Below, piece after piece: positions 50,338 through 64,000 of a stretch of 64,000 nt of DNA. The notes under the pieces are model-generated. The model searched no databases. It worked only from the letters and a program-made list of their open reading frames with translations, and was not told the origin of the DNA. How positions within the stretch are numbered: position 1 is the first letter of the stretch; each line of letters opens with the position of its first letter. The position numbers and the translations under genes were made by a program. Origin of the DNA: Octopus vulgaris (Eukaryota); contig OX597814.1 of assembly GCA_951406725.2 (NCBI GenBank), forward strand, positions 214,892,001 to 214,956,000. Reading direction: 5' to 3'.

Positions 50338-51449
50338 TTATATATATATGTACATATATTATTACAAATTTAGGATTTTACCAATAGAACCGCAACTCCT
50401 ATTTCAGGATAACCTTATTATATGGAATATACATAGAAAGTTATATCCAATAAAATAATAATGATGAAATAATATGAGCTTTTAAAAAAGCCAACTATAA
50501 AATGCAATAAAGTTATTTGAAAAAATATTTGAAACAATATATATAGCTTACCTGTTATTAGTCTGTGGGGAAAGAAGATATTTTTTACCAACACTACACG
50601 TATTTCTGCGCTGGTGGGGTGTTTATTAAGGCTATACCTAATACATAAATCCATCATTGTTATTATTATTAACGGATCAAAGCTAAAAATATCTATTATA
50701 AGTCATATTAAATCGAAAAATAAGAATATGAATAAAAATATAATATATATAAATTACAAATATATTTTTAAAAATTAAAAAAATTAAAAAGTTAGACACC
50801 TAATATTACAATACCGATATATATAGAAAATGCTATATTATAAACACATCAAATCCTACAAGCTATCTATATAAACATTACGGGAATTAATAATTTAGTG
50901 TAAGATTTACCCCTGTCTATACATGCATAAATTATAAATTTATTGAATAAAACTAGTAAAAACATCTAGAAAAAATTAACAAAGGAAGAATGCTTATCGA
51001 CATAATATTTACTCCTCCTCTTTCCTCTGTAAATGGCTGTTCCCCCTGTTATGCGTTAAGTATTATGGGAATAACATAAAGAAAATAAAATGCTCTGAAA
51101 AATTCTCTGAGACTAATGATGTTAGAGAGGCTGAATTCAAGGGGAGATAACAACTAGAAATATGTCATACTCTTAAATCTAGCTGTCACTAGATTTTTTT
51201 TATAGTGTTTAAGATTTAGAGATTTATGTTAGATTAAATGTGGCCTGTCTATTCCATTTTAAGGTAATATTTTTAAAATAAATTCTTGGTTCCTGGTATA
51301 CCTGTATCTAATACTACTATAAAATTCTATTATAACTACATTTAACTATCTTCCTCATAATTGTTTAAGAGATTACATACTGGGGGGAGTTATAATTTTA
51401 TATATTTTTCATTTTATAATACGTAAAGTTATTCTAATGTCAGCATTTT

Positions 51450-51820
51450 AATCCTCTCTCTTCAATACTGTTCAGTAATATCTCTCTCGACTGGAGTATT
51501 TCATAAACTCTGTTGTGCATAATAAGCACATTTTATTACCTATTCTGTATGACTTCGCTCTACAAATGATATTCCAATTAAGGGTGTATTATATTTTATT
51601 AGATTTCAACTCACATATGTATTTACTTAGACCGTCGAATTTATTAATTTGGGTTTTTTGAAGGACTGATAATGCTGGGAAATTCTTTTAATTTCGTTCT
51701 CTGTGGATCCTATATAATATTTCTTCTTATTAATATTAGAGGTTAATGTACATTTATAAATTACGTTATCTAGGTTGCAATTACTATTAAATCTATATTT
51801 GTCTTTACATGTGCATTTAT
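51450..51820 (-). pseudogene. Degraded PLE GIY-YIG endonuclease
   Basis: KCTCKDK..C..DNVIYKCTL...YYIGSTENEIKRISQHYQSF, frameshift, then LSKYICELK...WNII...CLLCTTE. Confidence 0.8.
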
Positions 51821-51946
51821 TTAAATTAAAAAAAAATTTTAATTTTTAAAAATATATTTGTAATTTATCTATTTTATTATATTTTTATTCATATTCCTAT
51901 TTTTCTATTTAATTTGACTTATATTATGTATTTTTAACTTTGATCC

Positions 51947-52009
<63 letters not shown>

Positions 52010-52012
<3 letters not shown>

Positions 52013-52228
52013 GATTGTCTTAACTGGTACATCGCACGTATTGAGAAGAGCATTGTCGATGTGAGAACTGTTGCTGCTCATGTATTTTAATTTAACTTTA
52101 AAAAAAAAAAAGAACGAACTATTGAGTTTGGTTTAATGGCCTACCAATGTATACTTTGAGTTTCTTTGCCCTAGGGGTCGGGAAGACACTCGGCAAGAAA
52201 TGGAAGCAAATTTGAATGAAGAAACAAA
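52010..52228 (+). mobile_element. R4/Dong-type 3' end inserted in (TAA)n
   Basis: KIVLTGTSHVLRRALSM* parallels QKTALFGTAHILKRVLSL at about 30020. (TAA)n on both sides. Confidence 0.7.
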
Positions 52229-52271
52229 AAAATAATAATAATAATAATAATGATAATAATAATAAGATAAA

Positions 52272-52353
52272 TAGCCTGAGAACGCACTGGTGGATTTATG
52301 TATTAGGTATAGCCTTAATAAACACCGCACCAGCACAGAAACACGTGTAGCGT
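52272..52353 (+). ncRNA. Degenerate hammerhead-like motif
   Basis: GC CTGAGAA ...CTGGTG...CACCAG... GAAAC ACGT GTA GC; palindromic stem III. Confidence 0.4.
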
Positions 52354-52555
52354 TGATACCTTCTTTCCCCACAGACTAATAATAGGTACGTTATACATAT
52401 TGTTTCAAATATTTTTCAAATACTTTTATTGTATTTTATAGTAGGTTTTTTAAATGCTTATATTATATTATTATTATTACTTTATTGGATGTAACTTTCT
52501 ATGTGTATTCCATACAATAAGGTTATCCTGAAATAGGAGTTGCGGTTCTATTGGT

Positions 52556-53320
52556 CGAGCATTGTCATGAAGTATTATTGGCTCTCATCTGTTGACAACT
52601 CTGAAACAGAAAGGTAGCAGCGTTTCGTTCATTTTGGCATTTTCATAGCAATATGTTTCTGCAGTAATGGTTTTTCTGGCTTTCAAGAAGTTATAGTGGA
52701 CGAGTCCAGCAGTACACCCTCAAACAGTCACCATAACCTTCTTCTTGAAGAGCTCAGGTTTAGATAAGTTTTCCGGTGCTTCATTTTGGTCCAACTACTG
52801 TGAAGAACGTTTATTATTATTATTGTACAGAATCTACTTTTCATCGCAAGTTACAATACGTCGAGAAATGGATCGGTCTGGTTACGGAGAAGAAGCGACG
52901 GGCAAATTTCATATCTGCGCATTTTCTGATTTTCATTCAAATCGTGTGGTATCTATTTGTCGAGCTTTTCTGATTTTCCGATCGCATGCAAATGGTTGCA
53001 GGCAGTTTTCTAGCTAACTTGAAGTTCTTTTGCCAGTTTTCGAGTGGGTTTACATGAATCTTTCTCAATGATGGTCTTTCAATTGGCCGTCATCGATGAC
53101 AGATGGGCGTCCACTACGCTCACGATCCCCAAGGCTCAGGTCTCCACTGCGAAATCGTTTAAACCTTTATTGAGCTGACCACTCACTGGTCATTTCCTCA
53201 CCAAACGTTTTGTTTTTATCACGAGCAGTTTCAGCTGTTTTTTTTGAAGTTGAATAGCAAAATTGTTCGAATGTCGCGTTTTGACAGTTCCATTTCAGAT
53301 GATTGTAACAACGGTGAAAG
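52556..53320 (-). mobile_element. Mariner transposase fragment (second subfamily)
   Basis: Minus strand FKRFRSGDLSLGDRERSGRP, NHLHAIGK, IPHDL, IVTCDEK.ILYNN. Confidence 0.85.
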
Positions 53321-53476
53321 AAATATCAATGTTAATTCGTTGATGCATTTAGGCATGTCTATGTCTGTATTATCAGTCAATTGCCCCAAAATTTCAAAAC
53401 TCTGCAAAAATCCGGTCCAAATCCTTCATGGTTCAAAGTGTTGCTTAATTTTTACTTAACCTGATACATACATACA

Positions 53477-53565
<89 letters not shown>

Positions 53566-54132
53566 GTATATATATTATATATATGTATATATATATATAT
53601 ATGTGTATATGTATGTATGTATGTGTATATATATCTGTACATATATATATATATTTATATTTATATACATACTACATTTACATGTATGAATCAAGCCATT
53701 TGGTCCCAATGTTCTTCGTAATACTCAATTTCCAACGACTATAAAACGATTAGTTATTTTCTGATTGCTATGCCATGCTTATTGTCCATATATTAAAATT
53801 CTTCCACTCTTTGTGTTACTTCTCTAAATCTTTCATTAAGTTCATTCCCCTCAAATTCATCCTATTTGACTTCTTTGGTGAGTGTCCATTTCATGAAATT
53901 TCTTCTATCGGCCAGCTCAGTTCTCATAATTTTACTCCTATTGCTGTAGTTTCCATGTTTCACATCTGCCAAACACTTTCCACAAATCATTTAAATTCTT
54001 TCTCTTTCATCTATGATTGTTGACATTGTTTATTAAAACAGCGATCAAAGTAGGTATCAGAGCATCACCCTGCACCATTCCATTCTATTCCGAAATAAAT
54101 ATATTTGGAAGCCGACTCTCTATACTTACTCA

Positions 54133-54515
54133 GTGGAGGCGCAATGGCCCAGTGGTTAAGGCAGCGGACTCGCGGTCATAGGATCGCGGTTTCGATTCCC
54201 AGACCGGGCGTTGTGAGTGTTTATTGAGTGAAAACACCTAAAAGCTCCACGATGTTCCGGTAGGGATGGTGGTGATCCCTGCTGTACTCTTTCACCACAA
54301 CTTTCTCTCACTCTTACTTTCTGTTTCTGTTGTACCTGTATTTCAAAGGGCCGGCCTTGTCACTCTCTGTGTCACGCTGAATATCCCCGAGAACTACGTT
54401 AAGGGTACACGTGTCCGTGGAGTGCTCAGCCACTTACACGTTAATTTCACGAGCAGGCTGTTCCGTTGATCGGATCAACCGGAACCCTCGTCGTCGGAAC
54501 CGACGGAGTGCTTCC
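54133..54515 (+). mobile_element. tRNA(Arg)-like SINE family C, tail type 1 (octopus OR-like)
   Basis: GGCGCAATGGCCCAGTGG (A box), GGTTTCGATTCC (B box); 11 bp TSD ATACTTACTCA at 54122-54132 and 54516-54526. Confidence 0.88.
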
Positions 54516-54899
54516 ATACTTACTCAATATTTGCTTTCTCAATATACCACACCCGTTAGATCGACATACTTTTTTGCAAACCATAGTACAGAATACCTCC
54601 CATACTGTAACCCTATAACCTTATGTATTCCGACAAAAGCATTTTAAAAGTCTAAGACAGACTGTCTTATTTTAATGTATCATTACCAAAAACCGTCGGA
54701 TTCCGATGTATTATATACTATGACAGTAAAAATATCAGGTCATTTCGCCTTCCCGATTTCAGGAAGCCATCTTGCTCATTCCTTTATACATTTTCCGATG
54801 AAATCCGTATCATATTTAGGACAACCAAACTGAAGACTATGCTGCTTAAGATTATACTTCTCCAATTGTCACACTATTTTTGTATCCCAGTCAGTACAC

Positions 54900-57620
54900 C
54901 AAATGTTAAGATATCTGTTCATTATTGTATATATTAAGAAACCTGACGCTGAAACAAGAGATTGACGTAAAAGAAGTTGGTGTATGTGTTCTAAATACCG
55001 ACACGTAGATTGGTTCCTCATTATATGGAGCGAAGATATGCAACATTAATGGTCAGAGATATTGGTAAGGAGTTAGTTTCATGGCTGACCATACTTTCTC
55101 AAAACAGCATAGAGAGAGGTCTTGAGAGAACTATCGATCCAGAAAAATATGAGTCATGAGTTGGGATGTACTTGCAAAATATTCCCGAGTTCCATAAACC
55201 TGTCTTGGAGCTATACTTAATTGAGAGGGTTCAATGTTGAAATTGTTGAAGGTTCAGGCTTAGTAGCGAAACTCACACTAGAGATTTCTACCCATAAAAG
55301 AGAGAAAAAGAAATGGAAAAAAGGACAAGGATAGTAAATATCGGTAGAAGCAACAATAGAAGGTCCATGAGGAGCAAAACACTGGTGCGTAGAACAAAGC
55401 TGATGCTTTTCTCTCACGCCTGCCAGTCAAGAAATGGTAAAAAAAACAAATGGAGTTGTCTTTTTTTCTTTACCATTATCATAAATATTAGCCTAGGAGT
55501 TGATGCTTCAAATCATAAATTCAAATCTTCCTACAGAAAAAATCAGGTGGAAGGGGAAGAGGTGGATTCGGGACGGGGTGGAAACCCGATAACGGAAAGA
55601 AAAAGTATGTCTAGCTGGGATGACGACAATTATCGCTGTTCGTCAACAGTTCTTCAACTTCAAAGTTGTTTGTAAGAAGAGCGTAAAGTTGAAGAGCAAA
55701 ATATGATAAAAACAATCCAGTGCTATTGGAGAGTGAAATAAAACGCCAAGTCGAAACATCCTTTAAAGAATAATGCTGAACCCTTCCCGGAAGGTGTGGA
55801 AAGCCGAAAAACTTTGTTGTAGCTCCGAGAAACTTCTCTAACTTCTCGGAAAAAAGAACTGAAAAAGCTCCATATAAGTACCCTCCTATTTCATGGTCTT
55901 TTAGTCTGCTGCAAAAATGTCAAGATGAGACGTTTGAATGTTTCTGGTATGGAATTAGATGTGCTTACTATTAACGAGACTAGAATTTCCGATACGCTCA
56001 TTTCTCTCAGCCGATCACGTGGTGTGCACTTCTTTTGGTTGGCCGAGTCGTATAAAGGGAGCTGTGTTGAAGGATGAGCATTATATGTTATAATGATCTT
56101 TGAAAACACAGAAGACAGATACGTGGTCATAGGTGTGAGAAGCGGCTAAGGTGCAGGCTAGGCTAGAGGAAAGGACGACCAGGCTTCTTCAGACGCGTAG
56201 ATGTTGTTGAGCGATATGTACCCAGATATCTTTCTGCACAGATCTCGCCCATTAATATTTATAGGTGACTAGAATGATGATGTATACTATCCAGAGGTTG
56301 TGGGACTAACAGTTAGGAGAGATGGCCACAGAGCTTTTAAATCTCAGACGTTTCTGGCTGATTGATAGATATCAATTGGATTACGCAATGCAGTGTGTAC
56401 AGTTTTTTTATTGATACATTTATATATCACGTGATCACGTGACCGACCAGACCATCAGATGTTGCTACACATCGCTGGTCACAATGCGTTCGCATTATTT
56501 TAGCCTTCGAATGACGCCACCCCGCTGGCTAAGCGAGCAGGCCTACAGAAGAAAGAGTGAGAGAAAGAGTAGTGAAAGAGTACAGCAGGGATCACCACCC
56601 CCTGCCGGAGCTTCGTGGAGCTCTTAGGTGTTTTCGCTCAATAAACACTCACAACACTCGGTTTGGGAATCGAAACCGCGATCCTACGACCGCGAGTCCG
56701 CTGCCCTAACCACTAGGCCATTGCGCCTCCACACATTTATATATACGTAAGTTATTCCAAATTTTGGATGGCTTGACTACAAAGTAAACGCGTTAGTACG
56801 ATCAGTCTAGATAGGATATGCAGAGACCCGTTTACCGTAGGTGACCGGATTAGCGAGCTAGTTAAGCTTGAATAAATAGTGGCAATTATAAATTACAAAT
56901 GGCGAGTTTCCAAAGGAAAATTAGAGTAGAATCAGTTGAGTAATGATGAAGTAGTTAGACAGATTATTAAATAGATTATTTAGAAGAGGCTTTTAGAAAG
57001 GCATCACAACCAAAGTAGTAACCGCCTAAACCATTCTTGACCATTTCTTTGAAGATGAAGGGAAGGCTGTGTTTTCCTACATAAAGCAAGCGTTCTAAAA
57101 CACATAGGAACTAAAGCTGTTATTTAACAAAGCTATGACGACTGACAGTTACCACGTTTAGGAATGATCCAGTTCTTGATCAAGTCTCCTGCCAAGCACT
57201 CATCACCTTGAGGGATAGGCTGTTTAAATTCTGCCTGTTGACTAGCGTGAGAGAAGTTGTTTGGTGGACGCATTTGAAAATACAAAACTATGATTCTCCG
57301 ATCAGCTCCTCATCTTGTTCAACTTGAAATAGAGGATGAGCAGTAGTGAAGGTTTCTACCCTGGATAAATTTGATAAAAGATGGATGCATGTGGGGAAGC
57401 TGATACTTGAATTTTGCGTGAAGATAGAAGTAAAGATGGGGTATATACCTGTAGCGCATGAAGAAGGCAACTCAACTGTACAGATATCAAGGGTAAGGCG
57501 ATCTTCATAAGACACTAGGTTCTAAATAGATCTATCATATACGCGACAACAGCCTTTGAGATCTACCAGGTTTAGATAATGAAGAAAAATTGTACATCTG
57601 TTCCGAGTAAGAATTTGCTA
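54900..57620 (+). mobile_element. Degraded L1/Tx1-like LINE (ORF1 and APE region)
   Basis: LDVLTINETRI (APE motif), SLDRI, and other frame-broken traces. Confidence 0.45.
56428..56732 (-). mobile_element. SINE family C, tail type 2
   Basis: Same ~175 bp head as 54133 but a different tail ending (TCACGTGA)n; 12 bp TSD ACATTTATATAT. Confidence 0.88.
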
Positions 57621-58699
57621 TCATTAAGTCCCAGGATATATCACTGCAATTAAAAATAGGGGCTATATATTTTTAAACGCATTTTATCAGATGAACTTAT
57701 AATTAAGGCTTTAAATACACCAGCTTGTTTCTGTGACGCTCTAAATTAAAGCATAAATTGTTTGAAATTCGCTCAAGTTATTTCTGACATTCAGTAATTT
57801 CGATTTACAATTTGATCTTTTCACTCTTTACTCATATACTTTATTATTTTTACGTATGCACGCTCCTTACTTTTTATATTGTATTGCAGTAAAAGAAAAT
57901 TATAAGAAGCTGATAGAAATATAGAAGTATATTTATAGTACGTTAAGAAACTGTTCATCAGCTTGAAATATATTGTATTTGTCTGAGTAGTTATGTGGTG
58001 AAGAAAAATAGTATAGCTGATTTATCTGAGAGCAAAATTTTATAAATTAAACTGGTTGAATAATAAGAAAACATCACCGGAAAACAGAAAAAATAAGCAA
58101 TGAAGAAACTGGTAAAGGAATGAGTCTTAAGGCATGGGACAGGCCAAATGTTTCCTTATATGTTTATAAGACCAGTGCAGGGAATATAATTCCCATGTAT
58201 GGAATCAATACGAATCAATGATAACCCGGTCCTTTTGATTGGCACGATATCCCCCATTAATAAACTTCATTTCCTTCTAAAGCTATTGTTAAGCCGTGTC
58301 TTTCTTCTCTTCTTCCTATACTTAATTTAAAGTATCTGTACTTTAGAGTTAGTCGGCTCCATATCAAAACTACCGAAAACTACTTGGCATCACGTAATTT
58401 TTTTTTATTCGTCACTGTTTATTCTGTTGTCTTTCCTTAAATCTTCTCTCCTCAAAACACTTCTTATCAAGTATTAAAACAACTGTGAATTTTCAAACTA
58501 GATGTCTGCGTCAGATTCACAGGAGACAAGAAAAAGCTTCCACTACACAGAGCTCTCTCTTTAATACAACATATATATACAACAATCGTAACAAACCCAT
58601 CACCACAAAAAAGCTGCTCCCAAAAGTCTAAAAATGAAATACCCATAAATTCAGTAAAAGAATCCTTGTGAGAAAAAAAAAGAAGAGAAAAGTCAGTGG

Positions 58700-58830
58700 G
58701 TTGTAGAGTGGCAGTAATGACAGTGAAGTGGACTTACGGTATTTAATTACGTCCCTTTACATTCTGAGTTCACATCCCACTAAGGTCAACTTTCACTTTT
58801 ATCACTCACGGGTCGATAAAATAAGTACCT
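58700..58830 (+). mobile_element. SINE family A, old copy
   Basis: TTCTGAGTTCACATCCC...GGGTCGATAAAATAAGTACC. Confidence 0.6.
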
Positions 58831-59213
58831 GTGAATGGTTGCTTAAATTGACCATATATCTTTCGAAATATATTTGTGGCTTTATACCAATGTGAAAGAA
58901 TAAAAAAAAAAAAAAAGAAAATAAATTAAATCAAGTATTTACGATAATAAATACAGTCAAATTCAAATTATGAAATTTATTGAAAAAAAAAAGAATGAAA
59001 TCTATAATAAATAATTAAAATTCTCTTTAATTTTTCTTCTTTAGTTCTTTTTATTTTCATTTTCATCAGAAGCATTTGTTTTCTCTAAATATTTTCTCCT
59101 TTCTTATAATGCATTCTTTCACTTTTAAATTCCTTCAATATCTGGGCGAATTCATTCAAATTTTATTCCATGAAAATGTTTTTCAGAGTTTTAATCAAAG
59201 CGTGTTCTTTTGG

Positions 59214-59278
<65 letters not shown>

Positions 59279-59310
59279 GCTACTGCTACTGCTACTGCTG
59301 CTACTACTAC
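59214..59310. repeat. (CTA)n microsatellite
   Basis: Direct repeat. Confidence 0.95.
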
Positions 59311-60968
59311 TTTAGCTCGATAACATGTCAACAGTAGTTTCTCCGCCTTGTTTTCTATTACGGCTTCCGCCCACGCATTTTCCCGTTTTCTATGGAATCG
59401 AAAAATCTCCATCTACAGAATCGTTGGTGGTAGTTCAGCTAACTCTATAAGCAACTACTACTACTACTGTCGCTAATAATAATAATGCAGCTGCGTTTCT
59501 CGCCTCATCGACTGAGAGACTGTAATAGTAATTGGTAATTACGGTCAGCGGCATCTATCTACTTTCATTATCATTATCGTACTAAACAGACCAATAACAC
59601 TCCCACACAGCGATTCAACATCTCCCACTTTATTTCGTTAACAGTAGTAAAAGCAGCGGCAAAAACATCGATAGTTATAACAGCTACTGCAACTTTCTCG
59701 TTTTATAGTAAAAGAAAAAAAGAACTACTACAAAAGTGCTTTTCATTATTTTCAGTATGTTGCCGGCGACGACGACGAAGACATTTAGAACAATGATGAT
59801 GTTTGGAATGGACGTGACGATAACGGAAGAGAAAATGATGATGGTGAGCTGACGATTATGACGACAACTATGATGGTGGTGGTGGTGGTGATGATGATTA
59901 TGATGATGATGGTAACGCCACTAAGTATGACAGAGACGATGTAAAGCAAAGAGACACATTTACACCTGTCGCGATGGTTTGGGCTACAACCGATGAAACT
60001 CATTAGATGATTAAGAAAGAATTTTTTTTTTTTCCATTTCAAAAAACCATACATCAACACAAACGAGAACTTCGCTTGACTGTATATAATTTATCAAACC
60101 AAATCAACTTACAACCAAAATTGTAACTGGACATACTTGAGAGAAAAAACAACAAAAAACAAAAATAACAAAAAAGAAAAAAAACAAAACAGAACAAAAA
60201 CAAAAACAAAAACAAAAATAGACGGAAAGTGGGAAAGACAGAACAGGAGACACAAGTGAAAGAAGAAGAGCGGTAACCGAAGAAACGGATAAGGAACTAA
60301 AAACAAATAATTTTCAGATATTTATTCAAAACTGTCCGAAAAACCTCGACCGCCTGAAAAATGGGTAACTCACATTAATTTCCTACAAATTTCATTACTA
60401 ATTTTTATATCAATCGTATGTAAATTATCCCATCCTTCCACTTTGTTCATAATAATCTTTCCACTGTAGGTGTATTTTCTTAGTGTTTTTAAATTGCACC
60501 TGAGACACATGTCACCTGTTTACTTCGACCGTAATAATCTTTAAAAACAAAAAAAAAAAAAATAAAAATAAAACCACCTTGCCGGTATGATAGCACATGT
60601 ATAGCGCACGTTTATTTTTTTGATTTTTTTGATTTGTGTGTGCATATTTTTAAGAGTATATTTCTTTGTGTTCTTGCGAATGTAGTTAAATGCGACTATG
60701 TATTCTGTCAGTGCATAACTGTATATATATATATATTTTTTTTTTATCAATAATAATTCGATTTGTAGATGTACATAAATGCTTGCAAACGTGTATTTTA
60801 TTTGTGTTTAACCAGCGGAATTGTTTAGTAAAATCACATTGTGCACATCAGCTTGCTTCAAATTTACAGAAATATTTCAAAATTGACAGACAGTGAAAGA
60901 AAGAGAGGAACAGCGAAAGACCGAAAGACTAATGAAAGACTATGAAGAGATTGAAAAAGTACAGAGAA

Positions 60969-60971
<3 letters not shown>

Positions 60972-61059
<88 letters not shown>
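60972..61059. repeat. (GA)n microsatellite
   Basis: Direct repeat. Confidence 0.95.
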
Positions 61060-61060
<1 letters not shown>

Positions 61061-61413
61061 GCATAGATAGATTTGTAATTTTACGTATGGAATTGTTATT
61101 TTACATTGTTCTCAAATTACGTATCTAAATATTCGAGAGTTAGTAGTTTAGAGATGGCTCAGACAATAAAGCAGCAGATGAAATATTTAAGAAAATTTAC
61201 TTTTGAACCCTTCCAGTTCTGCATTAAATTCATACCAAGATCTAGTGTGGTGTGCGGGGGTGTATGGAAAATAAGTAACTGTAGTCTGCTAGTGTGTAGT
61301 GTCATTGCTTATCGAATGTTTTAGTTTCTAGAAGAAACAAATGTTTTTGTTTTCATACAGGTCAAAACAATACAATGGAGCATCCTTTCCATTTTGCTGC
61401 ACAACAACAAGAT

Positions 61414-61481
<68 letters not shown>

Positions 61482-61984
61482 TATATGTATGTATTTATAT
61501 GCATACATTCGTAATATTTAATATTTATTCAGGACTCCAGTGTGACGAGTCCGTTTTGTTGCTATTAAGACAGCTGCGTTCTTGTGCATGTATACATATA
61601 TGTGTGTTTGTGTGTGTGTCCCAGTAATAGTTGGTTTAGTCAAAGAATATTTAGATATGCGCTGTTACAGTAATTGATTCATTACATACAATAAGAATCA
61701 ATCGTTTCGTTCTATTTTAAAAGAATTCCATCGTTATTCTTTATTATATAAACATTTTGTTACAACAATTGTTTACATCAATTACTAAGGCTATGAATGG
61801 GATCGTAATTGTGATACAAAAGCTGTAAGTTTCGTATTAGTTCGCGCTATATGTTTATGGTAACTTTACACAAGTTCTTGCCATATGCCCAGCAGCATCC
61901 AAGCCGCATAATAGATAATGTGTTAGCTTTATCCAAACGCAACAAAATACTCTATCTATGCAAAAGAGTATTAATCGTATCGTA

Positions 61985-62500
61985 GTTGTCAGTCGTTCTC
62001 CGTGTAAGCTGCAAACATAGCTAAATTTTCAGTTGAGTGCTCGAGGACAAGTACTATTTGAAATCTATTGCTATGCACAACGATTAGAGAACTAGATAAG
62101 GTCCCTTTACTGCGATAACAGGGCAGTAAGCCATATGGTATAAAGAAGGTGTGAGGAAGTAGTGTTGAGAAAAGGACATTAAGCAATGTGGGAGTCAAGA
62201 CAGTTCTTAAATTCCTTGTTAATCCCATATACTTCAGAGTTCGATATGTTCAATTTTATAGCAACGTAAACGTTGTTGAAAACATTGATATAATCGAAAG
62301 TATATTAGGACATCCAGTATGTCCCAAGGCCGTAAACAGGTCTGGTCGTCTGACTTGGTCAAGTACCAATGTAAAATCTTCACAAATGCAATAGTCAGGG
62401 AAGTCTTTTGCTCTCTACACCACCACATATTCAGTTGGTGAAGAGAAGACTTCAATATTAACCATTTATTGTTTCGAACCGAATCCTCGTTGTCACTCTG
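61985..62500 (-). mobile_element. Degraded RTE LINE reverse transcriptase fragment
   Basis: LHQL...CREQKTSLTIAFV, LGHTGCP, VLTPTLLNVLFSTLL (cf. GCVLAPTLF) and AAYTEND. Confidence 0.65.
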
Positions 62501-63027
62501 TACAATAAATAGACTGAGTTCTTAAATAAAGCACAACACGGGAAAAACATTTACCTTCATAGCTTGGCTGAGATATGTCCTTGTAATTAAAGTAGCCTCA
62601 AATATGCACTGTTTTAATTTTTTTCTATAGTGTTGGCAAGCATTAAAAACCCTGTTTATGTTATTGTTGGTGTTTAGCACCAAGACAAACGTGATATGAA
62701 GGGGCCTACTAACAAAGGTAGGCCAGCCGTGACCATTTTGTTTTTTAAGAGATTTACCAATTTACTATTCGCAGCATCCTGAAACTGATGCAAAACAGCG
62801 TCGTTAGTTACAGGTTTCATCAGGTCAATCACTTGTTCGCTGCATTTCTGACAGGATGAAGAATGATAGAGTACCTCCAACTCGGTGCAGAACAAATATC
62901 GCAAAGGGTCTTATTCGACGAGCACTTGCTTTTCAGTGTCTTTGCTTAAGTTTACATACTTTGTCAATATATACCAGCAAAACTTACACACAAACGTGTA
63001 TATATAGATGCTGCATACACTCATTAC

Positions 63028-63327
<300 letters not shown>

Positions 63328-63330
63328 ATG

Positions 63331-63752
63331 CAGGCGTGGCTTTGTGGTAAGAATCTTGCTTCCCAACCACGTGGTTCCAGGTTCAGTCCCAATGTGTGGC
63401 CCCTTGGGTAAGTGTCCTTATGAGGGGATTTGGTACACAGAAATTGAAAGACGCCCGTCGTATATATGTATATAGCTATGTATGTATATCTTTGTGTCTG
63501 TGTTAGTCTCTCATAACCACCACCACCACCACCACCACCACCACCACCACCACCACCACCACCACCGCCAACACTTGACAACCGATGTTGTTGTGCTTAT
63601 GTCCCCGTAACTTAGCGGTTCCGCAAAATAGACCGATCGAATGAGTACTAACTTTAAAAAAATAAGTCCTGGGTCGAGTTGTTCGACTAAAACCCTTCAA
63701 GGAGATGCCCCAGCATTGCCGCAGTGAAATGATTGAAACAAGTAAAAGATAA
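63331..63752 (+). mobile_element. SINE family B, diverged, with (CAC)n expansion
   Basis: Family match. Confidence 0.8.
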
Positions 63753-63761
63753 AGGATATAT

Positions 63762-63817
<56 letters not shown>

Positions 63818-63819
<2 letters not shown>

Positions 63820-63938
63820 CGTGGCTGTGTTGCAAGAAGCTTGCTTCCCAACCACATGACTCTTGGTTCCGTCTCACTGCGTGGCATCTTGGGCAAGTAT
63901 CTTGTGAGTAGATTTGATAGATAGAAACTGAAAGAAGT

Positions 63939-63945
<7 letters not shown>
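63818..63945 (+). mobile_element. SINE family B left half
   Basis: GGCGTGGCTGTGTTG...TGCGTGGCATCTTGGGCAAGT. Confidence 0.75.
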
Positions 63946-63979
<34 letters not shown>

Positions 63980-64000
63980 TAAATAATATTAGACTAATAA

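Larger units (their letters stand above)
50380..52555. mobile_element. Older PLE remnant with diverged inverted repeats
   Basis: 50380-50655 inverted against 52290-52555, and 50662-50785 against 51833-51956; includes a GIY-YIG relic. Confidence 0.7.

Noticed and set aside
54133-54210. tRNA gene
   Set aside because: The tRNA-like head continues into a SINE body with a TSD and has no proper acceptor stem or terminator.

Overview
AT-rich, microsatellite-saturated metazoan DNA with no recognisable host protein-coding gene. The SINE repertoire and an invertebrate-code cytochrome b NUMT suggest a cephalopod, probably Octopus (inference). Nearly all listed ORFs are microsatellite or SINE artefacts. 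The window holds three tRNA-derived SINE groups (>20 copies), Penelope-like element (PLE) remnants including an intact-looking GIY-YIG domain with an inverted pseudo-LTR, R4/Dong, RTE and L1/Tx1-like LINE fragments, an internally rearranged Gypsy LTR element with a CATC TSD, mariner, maT and hAT relics, non-autonomous Helitrons inside a 1.27 kb tandem duplication, and TTAGGG-bearing MITEs. The most notable signal is a set of short, mostly (TA)n-embedded PLE-type elements from several unrelated families. They carry minimal type I hammerhead ribozyme motifs, some with non-canonical cores, and are often arranged as fold-back palindromes that put a ribozyme on each strand. All coordinates were read by eye and are approximate where elements are degraded.
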